Shown here: piece after piece, positions 9,992 through 19,280 of the stretch | Numbering within the stretch: position 1 is the first letter of the stretch | How the letters are laid out: each line of letters opens with the position of its first letter | NCBI GenBank assembly: GCA_965262915.1 | Contig: OZ253564.1 | Coordinates: 2,720,001-2,784,000 of the forward strand | Source of the DNA: Candidatus Spongiisociaceae bacterium | Lineage (GTDB): Bacteria > Actinomycetota > Acidimicrobiia > Spongiisociales > Spongiisociaceae | Direction: 5' to 3' | DNA length: 64,000 nucleotides | The notes under the pieces: model-generated | Told to the model about the DNA's origin: nothing | The model's database searches: none | Seen by the model: only the letters and a program-made list of their open reading frames with translations | Program-made: the position numbers and the translations under genes

Positions 9992-11448
9992 CCGAGTCCG
10001 GTTAGGTTGTTGAACTCCTCGATGAGTCGGTCGACGGGATCGGCAAGGGCCTGGATACCGGTCCAGTAGTCGTCGTCGTACCACTGTGCCTGGATCTCGT
10101 CGTAGGTCTTGCCCTGCTGCTCGACCCAGGTGTAGTACTTGAGGTTGTGGATGCGTTTGCGGTCGTAGTAGCCGAGTTCGTGGACGTGTTCGGTGGATGT
10201 CCCGAGGAGGTGGCGGTGGTAGGCGGCTACCGCGTCGTGGGTGGTGAAGGTGCCGCGGTCCTCGCTGAGTTCGTGGAGGCGGCTGCGGTACATGTCCATC
10301 GAGTCGGTGGCGATGGTGACCACCACGTCTCGGGAGGTCATCTCGTAGTACTTGGCCAACTTGATGGCGGAGAGCAGGTTGGCGGCGCCGGAGATGCCGA
10401 GCAGGGGCAGGCTTTCGAGGACATCGGGATCGACTCCTTGGGACACGAGGTACTCCTGTCCGGGCGGCTCGTTGAACAGGCGGGTGAGGGACATGGCCGC
10501 CTCGTCGTCCAACCCGATGGCGAAGTCGGTGTTCTTGACGTTGTGGACCCACGGGATGTGCTTGTCGCCGATCCCTTCGATGCGATGCTCCCCGAAGCCG
10601 TTGAGGAGCATCGTCGGGCACTGGACGGCCTCCCCGCCGGCGATGACCGAGCTGGGGAAGCGCTGCTTCAGGTAGTCGCCGGCGGCGATGGTGCCGGCCG
10701 ATCCGGTGGTGACAGTGAAGCCCCGGAACCGATCCCGCTCCCCCATCACCTCGCCGAGCACCTCCTCGACGGCCGGGCCGGTGACCGACACGTGCCACAG
10801 GTAGTTACCGAACTCGTCGAACTGGTTGAAGATGATCAGGTCCTCGCCGGAGGCGGCCAGTTCGTTACACTTGTCGAAGATCTCCTTGACGTTGGACTCC
10901 GATCCGGGCGTCTTGATGATCTCCCCCGCTACCGTCTGCAACCATTCGAACCGCTCGCGGCTCATTCCCTCCGGCAGGATCGCCACCGACTCGCAGCCCA
11001 ACAGGTTGGAGTCGTAGGCGCCGCCCCGGCAATAGTTGCCGGTGGACGGCCACACCGCTTTCTGGGTCGCCGGGTCGAACTGGCCGGTAACCAGGCGGGG
11101 AACCAGGCACCCGAAGGCGGCTCCCACCTTGTGCGCACCGGTCGGGAACCACTTGCCGATCAGCGACACGATCCGGGCGTCGGTGCCGGTGAGAGCGGAC
11201 GGCCATTCGACGTAGTTGACGCCCCCGAACCCGCCCCCGTGGACGACGGGCTCGTTGTGCCAGGTGATCCGGTACAGGTTGAGAGGGTGGAGGTCCCACA
11301 GGCCGATGTCCACGAGCCCTGTTTGGACATCGGAGGGAATCAGGCCCGGATCCTGCATCTGGGCGAGGGTCGGGATGCGAACCCGGCGGTCCCTGGTGTG
11401 GGCGGCCACCGCATCGAGGGCGGTCTCGTCAACTGTCAGATCGATCAT
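9988..11448 (-). CDS. Fold-type II PLP-dependent enzyme (TrpB/cysteine-synthase superfamily), function unknown
   Basis: PTGAHKVG PLP lysine, STGNY, TTGSAGT, IEGIG; ATGA overlap with thrC. Confidence 0.85.
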   Translation of the reverse strand: MIDLTVDETALDAVAAHTRDRRVRIPTLAQMQDPGLIPSDVQTGLVDIGLWDLHPLNLYRITWHNEPVVHGGGFGGVNYVEWPSALTGTDARIVSLIGKWFPTGAHKVGAAFGCLVPRLVTGQFDPATQKAVWPSTGNYCRGGAYDSNLLGCESVAILPEGMSRERFEWLQTVAGEIIKTPGSESNVKEIFDKCNELAASGEDLIIFNQFDEFGNYLWHVSVTGPAVEEVLGEVMGERDRFRGFTVTTGSAGTIAAGDYLKQRFPSSVIAGGEAVQCPTMLLNGFGEHRIEGIGDKHIPWVHNVKNTDFAIGLDDEAAMSLTRLFNEPPGQEYLVSQGVDPDVLESLPLLGISGAANLLSAIKLAKYYEMTSRDVVVTIATDSMDMYRSRLHELSEDRGTFTTHDAVAAYHRHLLGTSTEHVHELGYYDRKRIHNLKYYTWVEQQGKTYDEIQAQWYDDDYWTGIQALADPVDRLIEEFNNLTGLG

Positions 11449-12752
11449 GCCTGCTTCCTTAGGTTCTCGAGCCACCGTTCCATTCTGGCGGATATCTCGA
11501 TCGGGTCGAGTCCATCCGGACCCGGGCGGACGGGCAGCGGTACAGCGCCGATCCTTTCGATCCCGCCCATGACCCCGCGGATGTCCTTCAACCCCGATCC
11601 GGTGGAGATGACCACCACCCGGTCAAGGGTCCCCACCTCCGGTACGCTCCCCTGTGATCCTTCCGCCACTTCGGCCAGCCCGGCGAAGGCCGCCGCTGCG
11701 GCCGGCTCCGGGAAGATACCGGAATCGGCCGAAACCGTCGGGATCATCTTCAGGATGGCCTCGTCATCGACTACCACCCATGCACCGCCCGTGTCGACAA
11801 CCGCGGCCATCGCCTTGACCCGATCGCGGGGCAGGTCGGCGCTGATCGAGTCGGCGGCGGTATCTGCACTGATCGGCGGTTTCGTAACCACATCCTCCTC
11901 CTTTAGCCAGGCCTCGGCCAGGTAGGAGCTGCCGGCGGCCTGCACCCCGTAGATGCGGGGCATACGGTCGATCCACCCCAGCTCCAAGGCGTCTAGAAAG
12001 CCCTTATGCACCCCTCCGATGATCGACCCGTCACCCACGCTCACAAAGACCGCATCGGGCGCCTCCCACCCCAGTTGCTCGGCGATCTCCAGAGCCACCG
12101 TTTTCTTACCTTCTCCTACGTAGGGATTGATCCCGGTGTTCCGGTTGTACCAACCGAAGCGGCCTACCGTTTCCTGGCACAATCGGAAGGCGTCGTCGTA
12201 GGTGCCTTCTACGAGTATCACAAAAGCCCCGTAGGCAAGCAGTTGGGCCACCTTCGCCTCGGGTGCTGTCTCGGGGACGAAGATCACCGCGGTCTGGCCG
12301 GTTCCGGCTGCCAGACCGGCCAGAGCGGCGGCTGCGTTTCCCGTGGAGGCGGTGGTGACGGTCTTGGCCCCCTCTTGGGCAGCTCTTGCCAGTGCCACCG
12401 CCGAGGCCCGGTCCTTGAGGGAGGCGGTGGGTTGGCGGCCTTCGTCCTTGATCCACAGCCGCTCCACCCCCCAGCGCCGGGCCAGTCTCTCCGCCTCGAT
12501 AAGCGGTGTCCATCCCACTCCCAGAGCGGAAACAGCCGTACGGGACCCGACAGGAAGCAGGGGTCGGTAGCGCCACATGGATCGCTCCGGGTCGGCGGTC
12601 AGACTCTCGGGGGTCAGCACCTCGCCGATGGCTGCGTAGTCGTAGCGGGCATCGAGGGTGCCGGCGTCGCCGCAACGGTCGCACACATAGCGGCCCGGCT
12701 CGGGTGCGTAGGACGCTGCACAGACGGTGCAGCGCAGCGACGTCAGGAACAT
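11445..12752 (-). CDS. thrC: Threonine synthase (or paralogue)
   Basis: N-terminal CxxC..CxxC, PTASLKDR, ASTGNAA, EGKKT, STGSGLK. Confidence 0.82.
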   Translation of the reverse strand: MFLTSLRCTVCAASYAPEPGRYVCDRCGDAGTLDARYDYAAIGEVLTPESLTADPERSMWRYRPLLPVGSRTAVSALGVGWTPLIEAERLARRWGVERLWIKDEGRQPTASLKDRASAVALARAAQEGAKTVTTASTGNAAAALAGLAAGTGQTAVIFVPETAPEAKVAQLLAYGAFVILVEGTYDDAFRLCQETVGRFGWYNRNTGINPYVGEGKKTVALEIAEQLGWEAPDAVFVSVGDGSIIGGVHKGFLDALELGWIDRMPRIYGVQAAGSSYLAEAWLKEEDVVTKPPISADTAADSISADLPRDRVKAMAAVVDTGGAWVVVDDEAILKMIPTVSADSGIFPEPAAAAAFAGLAEVAEGSQGSVPEVGTLDRVVVISTGSGLKDIRGVMGGIERIGAVPLPVRPGPDGLDPIEISARMERWLENLRKQA

Positions 12753-12755
12753 CCG

Positions 12756-13694
12756 CTATTCGGGGGGTATGGCGCCACGCCGCTGGGTGATCAGCCCGTA
12801 GTGCTCGTGCATCCGGTAGAAATCGAAGTCGAAGAGGGTGTTCTTGTAGGTGTCGCAGAAGTCGAGGTCGATGGCCGCCGAGATCACCTCGTCGGCGGTG
12901 GTGACCGACTGGGCGATTATCTGCCCGGAAGGGGCGATAATGACGCTCTGGGCGAGGCTGTCCACGCCCTCCTCGATACCTCCCTTGGCCACCCCCACCA
13001 CGTAGGCCCCGTTCTGGTAGGCGCCCGCCTGCATGACCAGATGGTTGTGGAATCCCGACAAAGCGTTCTGGGTGGGGTCGGGTGCGTAGTGGAGCGGGGT
13101 GTTGTAGCCGATCAGGATCACCTCGGCGCCCTGCAGGCCGAGCACCCGGTAGGTCTCGGGCCACCGCCGGTCGTTGCAGATCGCCATTCCGACGATTCCT
13201 CCGAAGGCCCGCCAGGCCCCGAACCCGTCCGGGCCCGGCTCGAAGTAGTGGCGCTCGGCGTGCTGGAACTCGCGCCAAGGCTCGTAGTGGGCATGGCCCG
13301 GGATGTGTACCTTGCGGAACTTCGACACCACCGTGCCGTCACGCTCCACCAGGATATAGGTGTTGTAGCGGTGCTCTGTGCCGTCCTCGCCGGTGTGGAT
13401 CTCGGCGTATCCGAGGGCGAACCCGATTCCCAGGCTTCGGGCCTCGTCGAACAGCGGCTTGGTGTCCTGGTCGGGCATCTCCCGGTGGTAGTAATGCTCG
13501 AAGTCGGCCGGATCCGGCATGAACCACCGGGGGAAGAAAGTCGTCATGGCAAGTTCCGGGTAGACCAGGAGATCGACCCGTTGCTCGTGCGCTTCGTGGA
13601 GCAGGGCCATCAGGCGGTCGACCACCTCGCTCTTGGTTTCCTCCCGGGCGATGGGGCCCATCTGGGCCGCGCCGACAGTGACTCGTCGTGACAT
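12756..13694 (-). CDS. N-carbamoyl-D-amino-acid hydrolase (nitrilase family)
   Basis: YPELAMTTFFPRW, RKVHIPGH, ICNDRRWPE, GYNTP. Confidence 0.9.
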   Translation of the reverse strand: MSRRVTVGAAQMGPIAREETKSEVVDRLMALLHEAHEQRVDLLVYPELAMTTFFPRWFMPDPADFEHYYHREMPDQDTKPLFDEARSLGIGFALGYAEIHTGEDGTEHRYNTYILVERDGTVVSKFRKVHIPGHAHYEPWREFQHAERHYFEPGPDGFGAWRAFGGIVGMAICNDRRWPETYRVLGLQGAEVILIGYNTPLHYAPDPTQNALSGFHNHLVMQAGAYQNGAYVVGVAKGGIEEGVDSLAQSVIIAPSGQIIAQSVTTADEVISAAIDLDFCDTYKNTLFDFDFYRMHEHYGLITQRRGAIPPE

Positions 13695-13725
13695 CTGAGA
13701 ACCTTCCTCGGTTTACCGTTGCCAT

Positions 13726-13740
13726 TTTACAGTTTGTAAA
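13726..13740. promoter_or_regulatory. Palindromic operator candidate TTTACA-N3-TGTAAA
   Basis: Perfect AT-rich inverted repeat in the 91-bp gap between divergent hydrolases. Confidence 0.55.
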
Positions 13741-13785
13741 CTTGCCCGGATTCCTGACCGGGACATCGTCGCAAGGAGGAACAGA

Positions 13786-14628
13786 ATGGCAAATGTGGTG
13801 CGGGCGGCGCTCGTCCAGAGCGAGTGGACGGGTGACAAGCAGTCCATGGTCGAAAAGAACGTCGGGTACGCCCGCCAGGCCGCCGCGCAGGGCGCCCGGA
13901 TCCTCTGCTTCCAGGAGATCTTCAACACTCCCTACTTCTGCACGGACCAAGAGAACCAGCACTTCGCCACCGCCGAACCCATCCCGGACGGACCCACCGT
14001 ATCGCGGATGATCGAGTTGGCCCGCGAGACCGGGATGGTGCTGATAGTGCCCATCTTCGAGGTGGAGGACACCGGTCACTACTACAACGCCGCGGCGGTG
14101 ATCGACTCCGACGGCACCTACCTGGGCAAGTACCGCAAGACCCACATCCCCCAGGTGGCCGGATTCTGGGAGAAGTTCTATTTCCGGCCGGGAAACCTCG
14201 GCTACCCGGTGTTCGACACCGCGGTGGGGCGGGTCGGCGTGTACATCTGCTACGACCGGCACTTCCCCGAGGGCTGGCGGGAACTCGGCCTCGCCGGTGC
14301 GAAGATCGTCTTCAACCCGTCCGCAACCACCCGCGGGCATTCGAAGTACCTGTGGGAACTGGAGCAGCCTGCGGCGGCGGTGGCCAACGAGTACTTCGTC
14401 GGCGCCATCAACCGGGTCGGCAGCGAGAACCTCGAGGGTACCGACTACTACGGCAGTTCCTACTTCGCCTCACCGCGAGGGGAGATCATCGGTGGGACCG
14501 CCTCCGATACCGCCGACGAGGTGGTGATACGGGACCTGGACCTGGACCTGATCGAAGAGGTCCGCCATCACTGGGCCTTCTACCGGGATCGCCGCCCCGA
14601 GATATACGAGACGATCGCCACACCATAG
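13786..14628 (+). CDS. Beta-ureidopropionase-like carbon-nitrogen hydrolase
   Basis: CFQEIF..PYFC, YRKTHIP, FWEKFYFRPGN, ICYDRHFPE, NPSAT. Confidence 0.88.
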   Translation: MANVVRAALVQSEWTGDKQSMVEKNVGYARQAAAQGARILCFQEIFNTPYFCTDQENQHFATAEPIPDGPTVSRMIELARETGMVLIVPIFEVEDTGHYYNAAAVIDSDGTYLGKYRKTHIPQVAGFWEKFYFRPGNLGYPVFDTAVGRVGVYICYDRHFPEGWRELGLAGAKIVFNPSATTRGHSKYLWELEQPAAAVANEYFVGAINRVGSENLEGTDYYGSSYFASPRGEIIGGTASDTADEVVIRDLDLDLIEEVRHHWAFYRDRRPEIYETIATP

Positions 14629-14645
14629 GAGGGTGGCGACGGCTT

Positions 14646-15575
14646 CTACCCGTGGTCGGCGGTGGCCGACCGTTCGGCCCATGTGGCGACGCCGACCACC
14701 AGCAGAGCCGAGACGACGGCCAGCAGTACGGGTATCGCGATGTCGGGTCCGGGTGTCCCAAGCGTCGTGGCGCCGACCCCCGCCTCGTTGCCCAATCCGG
14801 CCGGCCAGGGCCACAGGATCCGGAACGACCCGAGCATCAGGCCGATCATCGCGGCCACCACCAGATCGTGGTGACGGTCAAGCAACCATTCCAGGAATCG
14901 GGAGAATGAGCCCAGGCCTACCGCGGCTCCGATCCCGAAACTCACCAGTGACGCCAGACGGAAGTCGTTGATCGCTCCCAGCACGTGTTGGTACATGCCG
15001 ATGGCCAGCAAGAGGAACGATCCGCTGACTCCGGGGAGTATGAACGCGCAGACACCCAGGGCGCCGGCGCCCAGGAAGAGGTACCAGTCCGGGTTGGGGA
15101 TGGCCGAAGTGCGGAAGCCGAACAGGACGAATGCGGCGACGCCGACCACTCCTGCAACAGCCGCATGAACCCCGCCGGGTACCCGGATGAGCCACCAGGC
15201 CACTACGACCGCACCGGCGATCAGCCCGAAGAACACCGCAGCCGCTCTGACGGGATGGTCCCGCAACAGTCCTTCCGCTATCCGTGCCAACGCCGCCACG
15301 GCCAGGCCGGCCCCCGCTACGACCGGTACCAGGAATCGCCACTCGACCTCCTTGAGGGCTGTGGCCGCCCCGGTGATATCTCCCCTGATCAACCGGCCCG
15401 CAGCAGACGCCCCGCTGCCGATGGCGGAGACCAATCGCCGGTAGATACCGCTTACCAGCGCTACCGTGCCGCCCGACACTCCCGGAATCAGGTCGGCGGT
15501 GCCGATGGCGAACCCTCGCACGACCAGCCCGACCAATTCGCCTCTCGGAGGTGGCGCGGGCCTGCTCATGAGCAC
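14646..15575 (-). CDS. DUF368 family membrane protein (undecaprenyl-phosphate translocase-like)
   Basis: ADLIPGVSGGTVAL and ILPGVSGSFLLL signatures. Confidence 0.9.
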   Translation of the reverse strand: MLMSRPAPPPRGELVGLVVRGFAIGTADLIPGVSGGTVALVSGIYRRLVSAIGSGASAAGRLIRGDITGAATALKEVEWRFLVPVVAGAGLAVAALARIAEGLLRDHPVRAAAVFFGLIAGAVVVAWWLIRVPGGVHAAVAGVVGVAAFVLFGFRTSAIPNPDWYLFLGAGALGVCAFILPGVSGSFLLLAIGMYQHVLGAINDFRLASLVSFGIGAAVGLGSFSRFLEWLLDRHHDLVVAAMIGLMLGSFRILWPWPAGLGNEAGVGATTLGTPGPDIAIPVLLAVVSALLVVGVATWAERSATADHG

Positions 15576-15609
15576 GGTGGGTACGGGTGGCGACCCGCAC
15601 GGCGCCGTC

Positions 15610-16674
15610 TCATACAGAGAACCTCACGAGCATCACATCCCCATCCCGCATCCGGTAGTCCCTTCCCTCCACCCTGACCACACCACCTGCGGCTCTGGCG
15701 CCGGCCCATCCGCCACACCGGATCACATCTTCGATGGAGCCTACCTCGGCCCGGATGAATCCCCGCTCCATGTCGGAGTGGACCTTGCCGGCCGCCTGCC
15801 GCGCGGTGGTTCCCTCGGGAACCGTCCATACCCGGCACTCCCTCCGGCTGACGGTGTAGAAACTGACCAGCCCGAGAGCCTCGTAGACGGCCCGGGCTAT
15901 GGCTGCGCCCGCACCTTCTCCCAATCCCAGCCCTTCGTAAAGATCGTTCCGTTCGGCGGGATCGAGGCGGATCACTTCCTCCTCGAGGAGGGCGGAGACC
16001 GCCAGAACGGGATCGGTAGCCGGGACGATCTCCGCCAAGCTATCAATCCGGCTGTCCCGATCGGCGCCGTCCTCGGCCACATTCACCACCCAGATGCAGG
16101 GAACCAGGCTCAGTGGCGCCAAGTCCCGGAAGGCTCGTAGTTCCGCTTCGGACCACGAGAGTTCGCGCAACGGGGTCCCCTCCCCCAGCCGTTCCGCCGC
16201 CCGGGCGATCGTTTCGGACGCCGGACGGATGGACGGGTCGGCGGATGCCTCCTTGACGATCCGCTCCCTGCGCCGGTCGAACACCTCGAAGTCGGCCAGT
16301 GCCAGCTCCACCAGCAGTTCCTCGGCCTGGGCCACCGGGTCGGTTCCGTGCGAGCCGGCGGGTACCCACTCCGCCTCGTGGCCTCTCAGCACCGCCAGTA
16401 GCGCGTCCGGCTCTCTCCCGGGACCCAGGCTGCGGACCGATCCGGGCCGGACGGCCGGAAGGTCGTGCAGGTCGAGGTTCGCATAGGTCGACTTGCGGGA
16501 TCCCTCCAACGTTGCGATCCGGTCGAGATGCGGGTCGTCCACCCTGACCACCCCCAGGTTCGTCTCCGTGGTGGTGTACGGGTGGGGAGCGGTGGGGGCT
16601 TCCAGGCCGGTCAAGGCGTTGAAGAGGGTTGTCTTACCGGAGTTGGGATATCCGAGGAGGCCGATGCATGTCAT
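15610..16674 (-). CDS. ychF: YchF-like Obg-family ATPase with TGS (DUF933) domain
   Basis: GYPNSGKTTLFNALT, AAGKVHSDMERGFIRAEV, EGRDY..DGDV. Confidence 0.8.
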   Translation of the reverse strand: MTCIGLLGYPNSGKTTLFNALTGLEAPTAPHPYTTTETNLGVVRVDDPHLDRIATLEGSRKSTYANLDLHDLPAVRPGSVRSLGPGREPDALLAVLRGHEAEWVPAGSHGTDPVAQAEELLVELALADFEVFDRRRERIVKEASADPSIRPASETIARAAERLGEGTPLRELSWSEAELRAFRDLAPLSLVPCIWVVNVAEDGADRDSRIDSLAEIVPATDPVLAVSALLEEEVIRLDPAERNDLYEGLGLGEGAGAAIARAVYEALGLVSFYTVSRRECRVWTVPEGTTARQAAGKVHSDMERGFIRAEVGSIEDVIRCGGWAGARAAGGVVRVEGRDYRMRDGDVMLVRFSV

Positions 16675-16780
16675 CCGAATCGGAAGGCTAGCCCGTTGTC
16701 CGTTGTCCGTTGCCGCTTCAACTCCTAAAGGTATTCGACTACCGAGCTAGGTAATTCTCACGATGGTCGAGGTGTGGCAC

Positions 16781-17490
16781 CTAATGGGGGTCCACCACTT
16801 CTGCTGGTTTGTCTGGGAGGGTGTGGTGGTTGAGCTGGCTGGCCGGTGAGTACTGGTGGCACCCGGGGTCCTGCCAGACGATCGCTGTTCATGCGTTTGG
16901 TGGTTGTCGGGGCCGGTTCTTGGGGAACGACCGTTGCTGCGATCGCGTCCGCCATCGGCCAACGCCGAGGTGGTCCTGTGGGCTCGGCGTCCGGAGTTGG
17001 CCGACCGCATCAACTCGGATCGTGCCAACCCCGACTACCTACCCGGGTTCTCACTGCCCGAACGGCTGGTCGCCACCTCCGGGATCGGCCGCGCCCTGCG
17101 TGACGCCGACATGGTGGTGGTCGGCGTTCCGTCGCACGGGTATCGGGCGGTCTCGCAGGAACTACGCCGGCACGTCGCCCATCACAGTGGCGTCAGGCCG
17201 CAAGCACGCTGTCCTGGCTCGCCAGGTCCGTAACCGGCGTCTCTACGACGCCCTGGACCAATGGGCGTTCTGTTCCCTAAAGAACAGTCCAGGAGCCCGA
17301 GCCTTCTACGACAAACGCCGAGCAGCCGACGACCTCCACCACCAAGCACTCCGAGCCCTCGCCAACCGACTCGTCGGCATCCTCCACGGCTGCCTCAAAC
17401 ACCAAACCCCCTACAACGAACACACCGCATGGGCACACCGAACCACCATCGACCGAGCCGCAGCTTGACATTTACGCTCCTGGGGTGTCT
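16781..17490 (+). mobile_element. IS110-family remnant, internally replaced by a gpsA 5' copy
   Basis: CT at both ends (16781-82, 17489-90); transposase C-terminus 17154-17468 ([39 protein letters not shown]); TTGACA near the right end. Confidence 0.82.
16878..17153 (+). repeat. ~275-bp duplicate of the gpsA 5' end (second copy ~17511-17777), frameshifted
   Basis: Near-identical sequence; this copy has a 1-nt insertion before the ATG and a 7-nt insertion near 16951-16960. Confidence 0.92.
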
Positions 17491-17522
17491 GGCACCTGGC
17501 AACAGGGTCTACGATCCTGTTC

Positions 17523-18536
17523 ATGCGTTTGGTGGTTGTCGGGGCCGGTTCTTGGGGAACGACCGTTGCTGCGATCGCGTCCGCCAACGCCGAGGTGGTC
17601 CTGTGGGCTCGGCGTCCGGAGTTGGCCGACCGCATCAACTCGGATCGTGCCAACCCCGACTACCTACCCGGGTTCTCACTGCCCGAACGGCTGGTCGCCA
17701 CCTCCGGGATCGGCCGCGCCCTGCGTGACGCCGACATGGTGGTGGTCGGCGTTCCGTCGCACGGGTATCGGGCGGTCCTGGAACGGGCCAAGGGCCTGAT
17801 CGCTCCTTCGACACCCGTGGTAAGCCTCACCAAGGGAATCGAGGTCGACACCGGCCTGCGGATGTCGCAGGTGACCTTGGAAGTTCTCGCAGGGCACGAC
17901 CCGGCCGCGGTGGGCGTGCTGTCCGGTCCGAATCTGGCCGTGGAGATCATGGAAGGCCAACCGGCCGCCACCGTCATCGCAATGGGCGATCCCGCATCGG
18001 CCCGGCGGATACAGCCCGTCCTCACCACGCCGATGTTCCGCGTCTATACGAACCCCGACGTGGTCGGGGTGGAGGTGGCCGGCGCCACAAAGAACGTCAT
18101 CGCTATCGCGGCCGGGGCCTCGACCGGGCTGGGCTTCGGGATGAACACGACGGCCAGCCTCGTCACCCGGGGTCTGGCCGAGATGACCCGTCTCGGTATC
18201 GCCCTGGGAGGCGAGGCGCTCACGTTCGGGGGGCTAGCCGGTGTGGGTGACCTCATGGCGACGTGCGGGAGCCCGCGCAGCCGCAACAACCGGGTGGGTT
18301 ACCAGTTGGGCAGGGGACGGCGGATCGAGGAGATCGTTGCGGAGATGAACATGGTGGCCGAAGGGGTGAAGACGACTAGGGCAGTTCTCGATCTGGCTTC
18401 CCGGCATGGTGTGGAGATGCCGATCGCGGAGGCGGTGGGACGGATCCTCTACGAGGGAGAGACGGTGCAGCAGGCGATGGCAACCCTGATGGGCCGCGCG
18501 CTCACATCGGAGGGTCACGGGATAGTGCTCCCGTAG
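17523..18536 (+). CDS. gpsA: NAD(P)H-dependent glycerol-3-phosphate dehydrogenase
   Basis: GAGSWGT, LTKGIE, SGPNLA, KNVIAIAAG, GDLMATC..SRN. Confidence 0.96.
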   Translation: MRLVVVGAGSWGTTVAAIASANAEVVLWARRPELADRINSDRANPDYLPGFSLPERLVATSGIGRALRDADMVVVGVPSHGYRAVLERAKGLIAPSTPVVSLTKGIEVDTGLRMSQVTLEVLAGHDPAAVGVLSGPNLAVEIMEGQPAATVIAMGDPASARRIQPVLTTPMFRVYTNPDVVGVEVAGATKNVIAIAAGASTGLGFGMNTTASLVTRGLAEMTRLGIALGGEALTFGGLAGVGDLMATCGSPRSRNNRVGYQLGRGRRIEEIVAEMNMVAEGVKTTRAVLDLASRHGVEMPIAEAVGRILYEGETVQQAMATLMGRALTSEGHGIVLP

Positions 18537-18584
18537 CAGCGACACCCGGATCGGGCGACGACGGTCGTCCGGTACCATCCCGGT

Positions 18585-18875
18585 ATGACTGCTCAACTCC
18601 GCATCTATGACATCAAGCCGGGAATGATGGAAGAATTCGCGGCCAAGGTCGACGAGGAACTCATCCCGATACGCCTCGACCACGGCTTCCGGCGCAGCGG
18701 CCCGTGGATCGTCGAGGAGAACTACCAGTACGTGTGGATCGTTCACTACGACGGCGAGGAGGCGTTCGAGGAAGTCGACAAACGCTACTACGCCGATCCG
18801 CGCCGGGGCGAGATGTCGTTCAACCCGATGGACTACATCGACAAAGTCGACGCCAGGATGCTGACTGCTCTCTAG
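18585..18875 (+). CDS. NIPSNAP family protein
   Basis: QLRIYDIKPG..YY.DP.R pattern, ~100 aa. Confidence 0.8.
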   Translation: MTAQLRIYDIKPGMMEEFAAKVDEELIPIRLDHGFRRSGPWIVEENYQYVWIVHYDGEEAFEEVDKRYYADPRRGEMSFNPMDYIDKVDARMLTAL

Positions 18876-19243
18876 AAGTGGTGGACCCCCTTCAGGAGGG
18901 TGCTCATAAACGGTGATAGTGGTTGGCTCTCCGTCCGATGTCCCGGCATTCTGTCATCGACAGTCGAGCCAACTGGGCGTTTCTCAGCACCCTGCGAGTG
19001 TTCTGATTCGGGAATTCTTTGCAGGTGTTCGGAGGAACCTTCCTTCCCACCCGGCAGGCCCGGGACGACCGAGAACGCGAAAAACACCCGACCGGACCCT
19101 AGCCGTGGGCCCTCCCCCAACCGCCACCTCCTCGGCTCCGACCGCGTTCCTCCCTCCCCGAGAGGTTCGGCTTCGACAACATGATCCCTGCCCCGGTCCG
19201 GTCGGTACCGGAAACGGACCGGTGGTGTTTACGGTTACTCACC

Positions 19244-19265
19244 ATTATGCAACGGGGGTGTGACA
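19244..19265 (-). promoter_or_regulatory. PafBC-type (RecA-NDp-like) promoter TGTCAC-N10-CATAAT
   Basis: Same spacing as mycobacterial TGTCGG-N10-TA-N3-T and as the motif at 32853. Confidence 0.4.
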
Positions 19266-19280
19266 CGCTCAACCCCTTAG

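Noticed and set aside
10147-13691. Long antisense ORFs (592 aa and 561 aa) and similar ones elsewhere
   Set aside because: Shadow ORFs opposite well-supported genes, expected from high-GC codon bias.
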